A stretch of 64,000 nucleotides of DNA from Balanoglossus misakiensis (Eukaryota > Animalia > Hemichordata), in contig CM082580.2 in NCBI GenBank assembly GCA_040954595.2, positions 11,112,909 to 11,176,908 on the forward strand, given 5' to 3'. A program made the translations under genes and the position numbers. Positions 23,461 to 36,123 of the stretch are shown here, piece after piece. Below the pieces are notes generated by a model. It had not been told where the DNA came from. It made no database searches and saw only the letters and a list, made by a program, of their open reading frames with translations. Each line of letters opens with the position of its first letter. The stretch's first letter is position 1.

Positions 23461-26400
23461 TTTGAAATCCGCGTATTTTGCTTCCGGAAGCTGCGTAATG
23501 CGCGTGCGTATATCATTGGTGTTTGTCGTATTATTGAAAATCATTGGCTGAATGTTATCCACTTATGGAACGAACGTGTACGGTCACACGTATTTGTATC
23601 CTACATACAAATGCAAAACCAAGAGTATCTATCCATGTACCTACATCTTTGTGGTCTGCTTTATGTAGCTATAGACCCGAATAACTCAATAATAATCTAA
23701 GGTTGAATTTTCAATTGCTAAAATGGGGAAGTGTCCAGACAAGGAACTGTCTATCAACTCACTACTGACAATTTTCCCAATGGTTCAGATAGACGTTGCC
23801 TCTCATTGGCGTCGAGTCTCTAATTTCAGTGGGAAAAATGTCATGCGAGCTAGAAAATCGCGTCAGATGAGATTCCAAGAGATCCGCCTACGGCGAAATA
23901 GAAACACGGAATTTTCCATTTGAGATTGAAGCATTGGTTATAGATGTACATGTATGCATGAAACAGTCAGTGTTGGTTTATGTATACCAGGGACTGACTG
24001 TGGCATTCTGCCAAAGAAAACCACTGTGCATCACCGTTCTTTGGAATATATATCACACAGATGTCCCTAAAGGTCTGCTGCATTACTCCGATATAAAATT
24101 TACGAGATAGAGGTCACCGACACATTTTACTTCCATATTACATTCAACAATGTCACCATTATTCATTAGATAGTGACGGCTCATTTAAGTTGAGTCAGTT
24201 GCATTCTATGGGCAATATACACGTTATTTTCAATGCCTGCGCCGCGCTTAATAGATTGAGAAAACATCATGGCGGAATTACATGTCTAGACGGCTCTGCT
24301 CATTGGTTCCGTAAACAGTTCTGAGAAAATATTAATCAGGTTTCAGGGAACCACAACCAATCATTGACAAATACTTGACGTTCAAAACTATGTGTACAAT
24401 GCCGCTCTGCCAAGCTAACATCACAGTTACAACACCGGACATGATTCCATAACAAAACTTCACAGGGTTGACTACACATGCGTGTGGCTCCATTCTCTGA
24501 CACATTTACCACTTCCATATTTTGATTATTCATTCCTATTAGCATTCGTTTAATCTGTCAATTGTGGTTTAACGTTTCATCCCTTTGCCCAGCTGGTATA
24601 TAATCTCTCGTTCGCAAGCCCTGCACTGTTACAGTCTGTATTTAAATCAACATTTCTCTCGTTGCTCACATCGCAATTTCCCTGTTTCGGAAGTTGGACA
24701 ATTCGGACAAGCGGAAATTTCAGTCTCTTAATCGTGTACACAGAAAACAATCAAGATTCGCTATGTCGCTAAGAAGAAGACTATTGCCGACAAAAGAAGT
24801 AATCAGGCCCAGAGGCATTCATAGAAATCGATGTTTGCTCTGCGCTCCGAAAGTTGATATAACTAAAAACAGGGCACTTAACCTACAAATATTTAACGAA
24901 ATGAATTTTTTAACTTATGACATTTTGGAACAAGGCAGGTAAGTGTACAAAAAGACATACAATCACATGCATATACAAAGCATGCACCATATTACTTCAA
25001 ATGTACGTGATATTTTTCTGTCGTCACTCATACATCATTCAGTAATCGATTTTATGCGCGAAACGTACATACCCGATGTTTACTGATTATGTATACTAAA
25101 AGTAGACTTAACGTTTTGGTGATAAGATGATTTTGACAGGATTTATTCACATGGAAAGGATTCTAAACAGACTTTTAACATCCCAGTATAAATAAAGCGT
25201 ATCTATTTCATTAATAATTTAAGTTAAAACAATATGAAAACTTTTGGCTGGGTTAATTGCACATTAGTTTCTGTAAAATGAACCCTGAGAACATAAAGTT
25301 TGCGTCATTAGTAATGGATGATTGTGATCTGATGTGAGGCCAAGCGGAGATAACACGGCACCGTAAGAAGAATTTTATGTTGACGAGGGTGGATGCTCTT
25401 GACAGAGACTAGAATAGCAAGAGATTGAGACACATAAAAGAAGAACAGCGCACTTCAAATACACGTAGACCGGCAGCACGGTGTCTTTTGAAAATAAAGC
25501 AATATAATACTTTTTCGCTATTTTGTAAAAGTTCCTTTTCAGCCTGGTTGATTGTGTATTTGTTTGAAGCAACGCATCTCTATATCTGTACACATGGACT
25601 TGAATTGTATTGTATTGATTTCCATGACCTTGGTGACCTATCAAAATTGATATTTTTCTTTCATATTACATTCCATTTGTTGCCATGAAAAAATATGGGA
25701 ATAGCCAAAGTCATCGAAAACAAATATGTAAGGTACATGTATTATATGATTAACTTTATGCTGACTTCTAGAATAATTGTGAGTCTTTTCTACAATAGGA
25801 CGGAATTTCCGTGGTGTCACTATATGTTATGCAAAGGACGGGCACTGGCCTGCCACGATTGTGGTCGGAATAAAAGCTTTCAAAATTTCAATTTACATTT
25901 TTCGCCGATGTCATTATACCAAGGTAATCCGTCTAAGGCTAATAATGTGACAACCTAAATTATACACTTTTCAAAACACGGTGCTTTCATCCGACACCGC
26001 ATTTGCCGTACATAAGTAAGCGCGATAAAAGCTCAAATTGGTAATTAAGGCAGTTCATTTAACACCGTTGCCGAATGAGAATCTGTTTCGCAGCATTGGC
26101 ACGTATGTTTCAAATGTTAATAGCTTTATTCGTTAAAAAAATAGCCGTCTGCATTGATAATTACCCGTATGTTCACAGCTACATGCTAATTAGTGACACC
26201 GGACTAATTGCGTCTGCTTATTACATAAACCCAACTTTTATGTAAGGAGTTTTAAAGGCCGCACATCTATGATGTATAACATGAATAATGCACCCATTTA
26301 TCCCTTACATTATTGCAGGAGTCTGATGGTCTTTGTGATAACTATGTAATGATTGTTTCCTGAGGCGAAAATGGTGTAAGTCAAGAAACACATTGTGGGT

Positions 26401-27332
26401 TTGTTTTTCATCCTTGTCCTTAGGTCCGATGTTCCCCGCCCGATCAACTTTGCCTCTAGCAAAGTAAAATATAATCGGAAAGATTTAAAACTGACGGTAA
26501 TCATAAGCACAAACAGCTTAAAAATCAATTCTTCGATCCCACCGACGAACCAACGTCGATACGAACGGCAGAACTAGCAATACACTTGCAAAATCTATAA
26601 AGCGACAACCCGTCAACGATTTCACCGTCTTTGGCGGTACTTGTTGTCGCGTATAAACACATGGACATATATTGACGTTTCAGGCAAGAGGAGCGATGGA
26701 ACCCGGACAACAAATAACACTGTGATGGTTCGCGAGCGAGGAAATTGTGTGGAAAGAAGAGCCAAGCGTTACAAATGTTTACTGACCTTTCCAACGGTCG
26801 AACACAACCTTTGGAATTAAAGTATTGTAATGAAAACAACTGCAGCGAGGTGCCAGTAACAACCAGGTGGAACAAAGTAATTACTCGTTCAGCATATACA
26901 ACAAACCTAACATAACATGGAAAACCTGAACTAGTTACGTGTATTTGAACTGTGCACTAAATTTAAAACGCCATGCGTCAGCTGTTTATTGGAAAATGTA
27001 ACAACTGTGAAGGACACTAAACGCGTTCTGGAAAATGACATCAGACTAATGTGTGGCATGGAAGCCCGAAACAAACCTGCATATGAATGTGTTACCTAAT
27101 GTCATATTTTGCTGAGTAAGCTCTAAATTTATGTATTAACTGATGCGTTGCATCATGATGTCAGTCTGCGATGAAGCGACCTATTTTTATGTTTCCCTAT
27201 AATTCCATATCGCAGATAATGTATTGAAATGTCCAACAGAATCTAGTATACCGTACGTCATGCCTAGTGACGAAACAAAAACGTGGGCTGCATGTGGCGC
27301 CACATGCACATGGTATTTGTTACTGAACATAG

Positions 27333-27338
27333 TGTGTG

Positions 27339-27369
<31 letters not shown>

Positions 27370-27420
27370 TATGTATTTATGTATTTATGTATGCATCTAT
27401 GTATGTATAAACATGTATTT
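27333..27420. repeat. Imperfect (TATG)n microsatellite
   Basis: Seen directly. Confidence 0.9.
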
Positions 27421-30400
27421 AAGTAACAAGTGTGCCGGAAGCGCAGTAATTTGTCTAGTCGCAATACAGTAAATCGAATGGTGTGTATATACGTTGAACG
27501 TTATTTGCAATTGGCAAACGATGCGCAACGCTCCTACGCGAACTGATTGCCAAAGCAAGTTCCCTGATCTGCTAATACGGTCACAGTCATCTTGCGTACA
27601 TGCTTTCGGTTTTTGGTTTATTTGAGGGATAAGTAAACATCTATGTAGACAACATAAGGTGAATCCATTTCGGTAACGCTCTGCTGCAGTACGCAAGGAA
27701 ACTCCAAACCACGATAATTTATAATACCTCTGTTAACGTGTACGTTCGCTACTCACCCGTATTGCAGAAGCTGAGATCACCTCTCGCAGCCCGACAAGTG
27801 TGGGGAATGAGAGCCGACGAGTGTAAAGGCACACAAAACCGCGTCCCCCCGATTGCGTTCGCGCGAAGAGTGGCAGATTAACTTTGTGCAACACTGTATG
27901 AATATGCTGGATTAAACTGGGGGCGCCGACACGAGAGTGGCCACTTACGTCAGGCAAATACCCGTTCCTGATTGGCTGTATACGATGGGCGTATATGTGA
28001 TCCAATTAAGGAGGACAGAGGTCGGTTTACGATTTCTCTTTCAGTCTGCCACATTTGATGACAGGTTCTATAACTATACAGACGTCTACAATTAAACACC
28101 GCCTGCTGATAATTTATGGACATTTGCTTCGATTAAAAAAAACAGGAAAAATAGCAGGACGTTTTTGTCGGCCAATAATTCGCGAGCTGAACGACGGGAA
28201 ATGATTCTATATAGCAGACAACGGATGTATACTTGCGTTAAGCGGAAGAAATATTCTTAAGAGGTTTCTACTTACTAACAACAAAGAGTCCCGGATGTTA
28301 TTACTCGTAATCATCATCTGGTTAGCGGAGGCGTTAAATTCACTCGCCACAAGATGAGTTGTTGTTTTCTCAAATGCACAGGCTTTCACTGGCTTAACTG
28401 ACACACATTAAGGCATTCGAATGTTAAGGTTATTATGATCATATAAGCCATGCTGTGGACATTGTTGGTTGTTTCTTTTTAGGTAAAAGTTTTTTTCTAT
28501 TCTTTAATGGGGATAATATAATCTCGTGTAAACATATAATTTGTCGGGTTTTTCTTTCAGTTACAGTTTTGTATTACCCATCACAACATCGTCAGACAAA
28601 TTAGCATGGAAATATTTAAAGTGGTGAAAATATGCGCAGGTGTTCTTATCACAGTTTTATTAACGTTAATTTATTCTAAATGAGGGCTATGAGGACAGCC
28701 ATAGGCTTATCGAGGCTCTGTACGGTTTGTGGGCATATGTGTCGTACATCCATAATAAATAAACATACTGAGTTTGCTTTAGATAATAACCATTTCCTAA
28801 AAGAAGGCGGACGATTTCGCTTGATTGCTTAGTAGGGGGAACCTATGTTAGTAGGCCAGAAATGAAACATAGCTGATACTACTACAGTCAATACATGTAC
28901 TTATTAAAAACTCTGAGCACGATATTCAATTTTTATATACTTTTATAAAATATAAAAGTATTAATCCTGTTAGCGTATTACACCACTCATGCAAGAGAGT
29001 CAGTAGAACGCACCAAATTATAAAGCTTAAAGCTACATGTAAAGTACAAGGAAAACTAACCTGAAATTGAACAGAGACATTCGTCAGTTCATACGCGTGG
29101 CCGGTCTGACTATAGAGGTGAACTTACTACATTTATGCACGAGGTCCTTTTACATTTATTATGGTGCCACATATTAGCTTGTGTTCATTGGTCAAATGAA
29201 ACATCCAGGTGGTTTGCATATAATTGAGATCAACGAATAGAAGGTAAGTGCTATCATTACTGGAAAGGTGTTCACATGAATAATTGACTAAATAATGACT
29301 GCAGGTGTAACATACAGATATATAACAACATAAATGGTTCATTAGATCAACTGTTCTTTGGCGAATTACCAGTGGTCTATTTTTGGTGATGAATGTTACC
29401 ATCCTTTGGAAGAGAACTAAACACGTGGCAGGACAAAAAAGTTTGAATTCAAAGCGAAAAGTAACCCCGGATCTTATGCAGGAAATGCTAACATTAACGT
29501 GAGCATCTTTCGCCCGTATGCGGGGTAAGAAGGTCAACCCACTTTGTGCTGGGTTCAATTATTCCTGAATGAAGCTAATAGCATCAGGCTCCCCCTTCAA
29601 CAGGGTAAAGCATGACTGAAGTGAATATCGACTCAGCGAACACCGTTTTACCTAGGGGCTCGCAAGAAACTCTTAACGCCTGACTTCACCAACTGCTGCA
29701 CAAGACGCTATGTTCTCATGTTCTCTGCATGCATGCAGAAGAGCTTGTTAAACAAAAATCGTGATTATGGACGTAATTATCAGATATCGTGACATGGCGA
29801 CAGAGAAGAGAGAGCCCCGCGGCTGTGACTGTGAGATAGACAGTAAATTCATAAAAACTTGGCTTTTGAGGAGCAAACAAACAAACACAAGCCGAAACTT
29901 GCACGACTGCACTCTGATTCGCCTATATCAGTAGCACACTTGTAATTGAAACAAAACAACCGCTCGTGGAGTACAAGCGATCTTAGCTTGATACTTATGG
30001 TAGACAGTCATGGTGTAATTACATCTGCCTTACAAATAGGGCCAATTAGAGAATGTGGCCAGGCAGAGAAGATCAACACTGGTCGGACTATATGATTGTA
30101 CTTGCCGTAATTACGTTTTTAGGGTTCGAAATGGTACACTCGGAAAATGCCCGACTGCGTTATAGTTGAGTTAACATCCTTGGCGGTGGACACTGTCAAC
30201 CATTCCCTGAAATACAGTCTCCTTCCCAGGTGTGACGCTGCAGTGATGCGAAAGAGACCCAGACAGACGTGATCCTGAATAATGACCAGCCATCGACAGC
30301 AGACGACTAATTATCTGAACGACAGTTATGAAATCCTACAGGCATACTGTACATTCATTCCAGAGTTTTTGTTTCTCGGACGAAAGCAGATGGAACACAT

Positions 30401-33400
30401 CATCACCATATTATCCCAGGCGGTGCATTCAAATTGTTTCCACCATATGTCTTTGGTAATTTTTGTTAGTTCATTGAAACCGACGAAACAGTTTCATGTA
30501 CCATGCGCGTCAGTGAAGAGCCTTGTAGCGAACTGTGGGCTGTGAGAGAGTCTATACGGGACAATACATTAAAGTGGTACATATACTATATCGCTAAGGC
30601 TAATGAAACAGCAAAGCTGTCAACTGTTCGTGTTGAGAGGTCACTCAAATTCCATTCATACACATCGAGAGAAAAATCTAGCCAATTCATCTCTTGCGAA
30701 AATTGTTGGAGTGTGCCACAGCTGTTAGAATGATGAAAACATTATTCATCACTGGTGCGAACGTGTGTCATTTATTGCGAAGTGTAGTTTAATACGCTAT
30801 TCTTGGTTTAAAGTTCCAAATTTTTCGCATTGGAATAGACTTGCAACTATAGATGGAGAAAACCCGTGTGATCTAACAGCACAAGCTTATAATTGAGACA
30901 ACTGCCAAACGACCCACCTTAGGCTACGCAAGTAAAGGATACACGGTATTTTGTGTGATTCCATATTACATGTATTTATCTAGTTCCGGGCGAACAGACG
31001 CGCGCCAGAGGGAGAATACTTTGATATGTTGATGTTGGGTTTTATATTTCCGAGCAATCGTAGAATTTCAATTTAATGCAGGTATCGTTTACCACTACTG
31101 CGTGCACCTTGTTAATTGCTTGCACGAGGCACAATGACTTGAGTGGTATCTCTAATGGACACAGAATCCCATTCGAATGGATAAATATTTCTTAGAAAAC
31201 ACTCCATTAATCTGGCTTTACTGAATAGATCATAGTGTTTGCGCAAGTTTAATCTTTTGTGTAATTAATTTCCCCATTTATCAGCGAGTAGAATACTGGT
31301 GACAAAATACGCACCGTTATAAATGAGGTGACCATGAATTTTACACCAAAATGTATATAGCTGTTACTCTTCTATTTATGGTGAAAAAATGCTAATGCAT
31401 TTCAGTGTTGAAGTGACGCGTGGAGGGTATTAGGCCATTGAGCCATGTTGCACGAAAAAAAGCCTATAGACACGGTGAATACATGTACCTACCCCATAAC
31501 ATCGTCTAAAAGCGAGGTCATATCCAATTGTTAATCCCAACATCTGCTACAAATGCGTCGAAGAGTCATGTATAAGCATAACATATAGCGATTGAAGTCA
31601 AAACCCTGGACATGGGTTATTAAAAGTATTATTTTTTATTATTCATGATTCGCGGAATAGGATACGCAGAATAATGTAATTCATTGTAATTATCATAATA
31701 AGGTCTGTGACATTTAAGTCAAATGGTATAAAGGCAGCAAAGGGAGCCCTGTTAGCCCTGACACGTGCTTCTAGACGTATTTAACATTCACCCAATGATG
31801 TAATAAGTTACTTGGGTGTACAGACGATAACGTTTGTTCATGGTTTCTCAAACTGTCTATCTCATTTCTTTTCCTGTACTATGATACGGGTAAAACGTCC
31901 ATGCATACGATTTGAGACTATGGTAGTTCGCTTTGCAACCAGTTTGTTCGACTGAAGTTTGTTAGTTTGTTCGACCACCTCTGATGGAACGCATGACAGA
32001 CATTATTAGCACTTAGACTAAATAAGCAAAATATTGCGTAGACTCAAATGAAAACCACTTGATCAAATCTCCTTCACATCACACACAAAAATCATTATAT
32101 GGAGATTTAATGGAGTCACGGTTCAAGGATCTTCTGCTAAGCGATAAAAAGTTGCCATGCCTACAGAGATGAATGAAAAAAATTAAGCTTAATACAGCCA
32201 CAACAGCTGCATCGTTTTGCATTATTATTTCTTCTCAAAATATTATCCAATTTTACCATGTTTTCTTTAGAGTATAACCTCATAGTAATATAAACTGGCA
32301 TGGCAGACGTAATCAGTATCACAGTGATCTTTATTGGTACTGCCACTTTACAGGAAATATTGGGCGAAATAAAATCCTGTGTATGAATGAACATGCACAT
32401 GCACACAGCAATAGACCAGTAAACCAGCGACAGTACCTTCGTCCTTGCATGATTAAACTGAGATAAACATTGGCAGAATACCATCTAGTGACGGGTGACC
32501 ATGCACCTGGATTCATTCCCAGCACAACAAACAACGCTGTGGCATTTCTCACCATGACAACGGGGTTCCCAAACCGTCTCACTCTGATAAGAACTGGCCA
32601 GGACCTCTATCTCGGAGCTGGGAAACATACCAAGCTCAACATTAAAACAACCAGGGCTGTGGTGTTGATGAACATACCACAGCGGTGATGTGGGTTGCCC
32701 TTAGTAAATTGAAACCAACAATGACTACATAAACCTGGCCTGGTTCTCAGTAATCAAATTTATATCACATTCATAAAAGGCCAGAACAAACAGGGTCATA
32801 CCAGAACCGCATGTTTTTTTGAAGACAATAGGGTACCACGTGCCAGAAACCGACAAAGTCGTGACAATTTGCTTCCCGTCTCTTCACTCCAGTTTTCATG
32901 TTTATCTAAATTGAGGTCAATCTACTCAACAGGTACATATTGTATGCTCTATATCGGATTTCAATACAATTGCATTAATAATTGCATCGATTAAATCAAT
33001 TTCCTGTACTCGTCCTGTTCACAATATTGACGGCGCAGCCTATAGACCATACGATCAGCAATTGGTTTGTCATCTGAAACTGGGGGCACGTCTGGACTGG
33101 CGCCACAAGACTTTCACTTTCAAGTTGACATCGAGGACTATATTCATAAGAAGCACCAATGATCAACAATCTTGTCGTCGTTCTTCAGTCATCGTTTTGT
33201 ATTAAGTTAAATGTTAAAAAGCAGACGAAGAAAATTACACTAAAATCTGACCTGTTGTAGTTTGAACAAGCGGTCCCAGTGATGAGAGTGGCACAGAAAA
33301 TCGCGATGGATTGTGGGATTGACATTAAATCCGATTATTACTATACATCAGCTGCATTGTATACAAAAACACATATGGTAGATCCGACAATAATTTTTGA

Positions 33401-36065
33401 GGGAAAATAAAATACCCTTCTTCTTTGTACTATATCTATATAGTATCTATATCTACACAAAATATTATTCATTTAATTTTTCGAGTCCGTTGTTGCTACT
33501 AGTACTTTTATTTAATTTCCAAACAAGCTGCTTTTAAAAGAAATAACATGCAGCTTTTGTGTCCATTCCTTGTAATTTTGATAGTAAATTCTTGTCCTAC
33601 ATTAAATCTTAAACACGGCTATTACTGATCACAATCAGCGCCTATGCTCATTAAATCTTAACTCTCTACAGAGATATATGAGATGCTTACGTTACGCGCA
33701 TACCCAGTTTTTTGATCGTACGTTTCCCCTGCACAAAAGTAGCCAGACCGTACAGACGGACAGACAGGCTATGCTCATAACATAATTACGTCTTACCTAC
33801 ATGTAGTTGGACGAAATTCCAAGAATTGGGCTGGTTGATTGTCTAGTCTAATAATGCCATGGTATATCGAAAGATGAATTGTACCCCTTGACAGTAAGAG
33901 ACGTTCGTTAGATTTGTGACAAATTGAGTCAGTTGACAACAGCGGAAGTTACGGTCGACCCTGAATTCACAGGTATACACAAACTTTGGATTTGGTCTTT
34001 GTTATCTATTAGGTAGCAGGTGCTTTCCATCTGTTGCAGGAGGCAAACCAAACCGACACTCATATCTCTTACGATTCCTTTCCTCTGATTTAGCGCCACA
34101 GTGCGGTGGGATAAAGAAAGGCTTGTGCGACGGTCTGACTACGTACGGCTGATAGTACAGAGTTAGTAGGGACAAAATGCACTTATTTCGTTTAGATCAT
34201 CATCACCATTCCCCTCTAAAAGAAACCTCGAAAATGTGCAGTGTTAACGTATGATTATTTTGTAGCGCTTTCAATATATATGTGTATGTATTCGTATTTA
34301 ACTGCACGCCAAAACGTTGGTATACACAGAATTTATCTGTGACTTCATATTTAAGCTGTTGACAGTAACATAGGTGCTCACTGCAGACAATATAAATCAG
34401 TACGATAACAAAGTGACCTTTATGAATTTGCCAATAATTGTTTACATCTGATAAGGTCGTATACTCGCAATATTTTATGATCTTACTGCAAAGTCTCAAC
34501 AGGGAGTGTAAATGTTTGCATCTGCAAAAACAACAAGCTTATCATTGGTCACCGCTGCAGCTGATGTAACAACATACAGCTGCCTCCAGAGGTCGTGTTT
34601 TTCTTGGCTTGGAAAGGTAAACCTTCAATTCCAGAAGTACGAAATTTGATTGGTTAACATATATGCTAATTGGCTCTACTCTACACTCTACTACACTTTA
34701 AAAGAGCCGTCGAAAGATTGTAGAGGGCGCTCTAATGACTACGAACAAAATCCATCCATCTACATGTACCTTGTCAAGGAACACACTGCATCAATAAATG
34801 GACGAGAAAGGGAAAAACCATCCATTTGAAAGGGAACATATAAATGTAACAGATTCAAACCGGCAAAATCATTCAAATCAGAATTAACAAAATACACCTC
34901 GAGACGAGTCGTGTAGGTGAAAACTCATCTGCGTGGCAGCACTTAAAATTAATCGATAAGACGTACATTTTGCTGACAAAAACTTATATGAACATATTGA
35001 TACTGAAATCCTTTCTACTAGTACCTTGAGGCAAACCTCTAAGCAGGATTTGCATAATTTTTTTTCTGTTGAGCAGCAATTAGCATGGAGAAAACGACGG
35101 ATCAAAAACATTTGAGCTCAGGGGGCGTCAGAGAATGCAACCAGACTCAGCTTGGCAGAGGAGTATAAGCTTATATTGAATAACATCACCAGAAAATCTA
35201 ATTAGACACAAAACGGTCAACATTCATGGTTTCATTCTGCGATGGGCTAGCCATCATGTTGACTTAATAAGACGAACGCTTGACAAACCATGCGTTTCAA
35301 GTTGAGGCAAATAATTTGCAAATAAAGCGACCGCAAAGTTAGTGTAACCGGGATATTTTCTCACCTAGGACCGGATGTGTAGATTTACACTGACCAGCTA
35401 GAATCAATACATCTCGCAGAGGTATAAGAAAGATAATTATTGGGAGGCAAATCCCTGGAACAGTTCTTCGACTGGGGAGTTGACGGACTGACCGGCTAAT
35501 AAAAGCAAGTTTACCTGTTTCTAATAATCCATTCCGATACATCTCCGATTTCCGTGCACTGGGAATACAAAGTCCTAACACTTGCCGGCCGCCTGCTCCC
35601 CCGTGACAATTTTCTGACCAAGTGCCACATTCCCCGCTTCGTTTTTATATTTCGCCTAATGTCACCCGTGTCTTTGTTGGGGACTTTCATTAAAGAAGTG
35701 GCGTTTGACGGATTTATCGCACGAGCTTTGCGCTCGATTGTGTCGCCTTTTTCGCTGCCACGGGTCAGCCTGCAAACGGTGTCGGTTTGAACCCGTCGGC
35801 GGCGTATTTGTTCTTGTAGTCTCCATTCCCGCGAAAGGAGCGAAACGTTCCCGCGCTGAAAGTGCAAACGATCATAAAGTGAAGGAAAGGCGAATGAAGA
35901 TGAACTTTATTAGAAACGGTAGAAGACAGGCACATTCGTTACAACATAAATGGAGGTCCAAGCTTCAGAAAGATTGGCGCCCTCTACACGAGCTGCGCAT
36001 GACTAACCTAAAAGTGTTAACATTTATCTGTAAAAATGACAGACTGGAAGGCAAACATATAGATA

Positions 36066-36123
36066 CACCGACAGACAAACCAACCGACAGACCGACAGAC
36101 AGGCAGTGACTGACTGACAGGCA
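36066..36123. repeat. Degenerate (GACA/GACC/GACT)n tract
   Basis: Seen directly. Confidence 0.75.
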
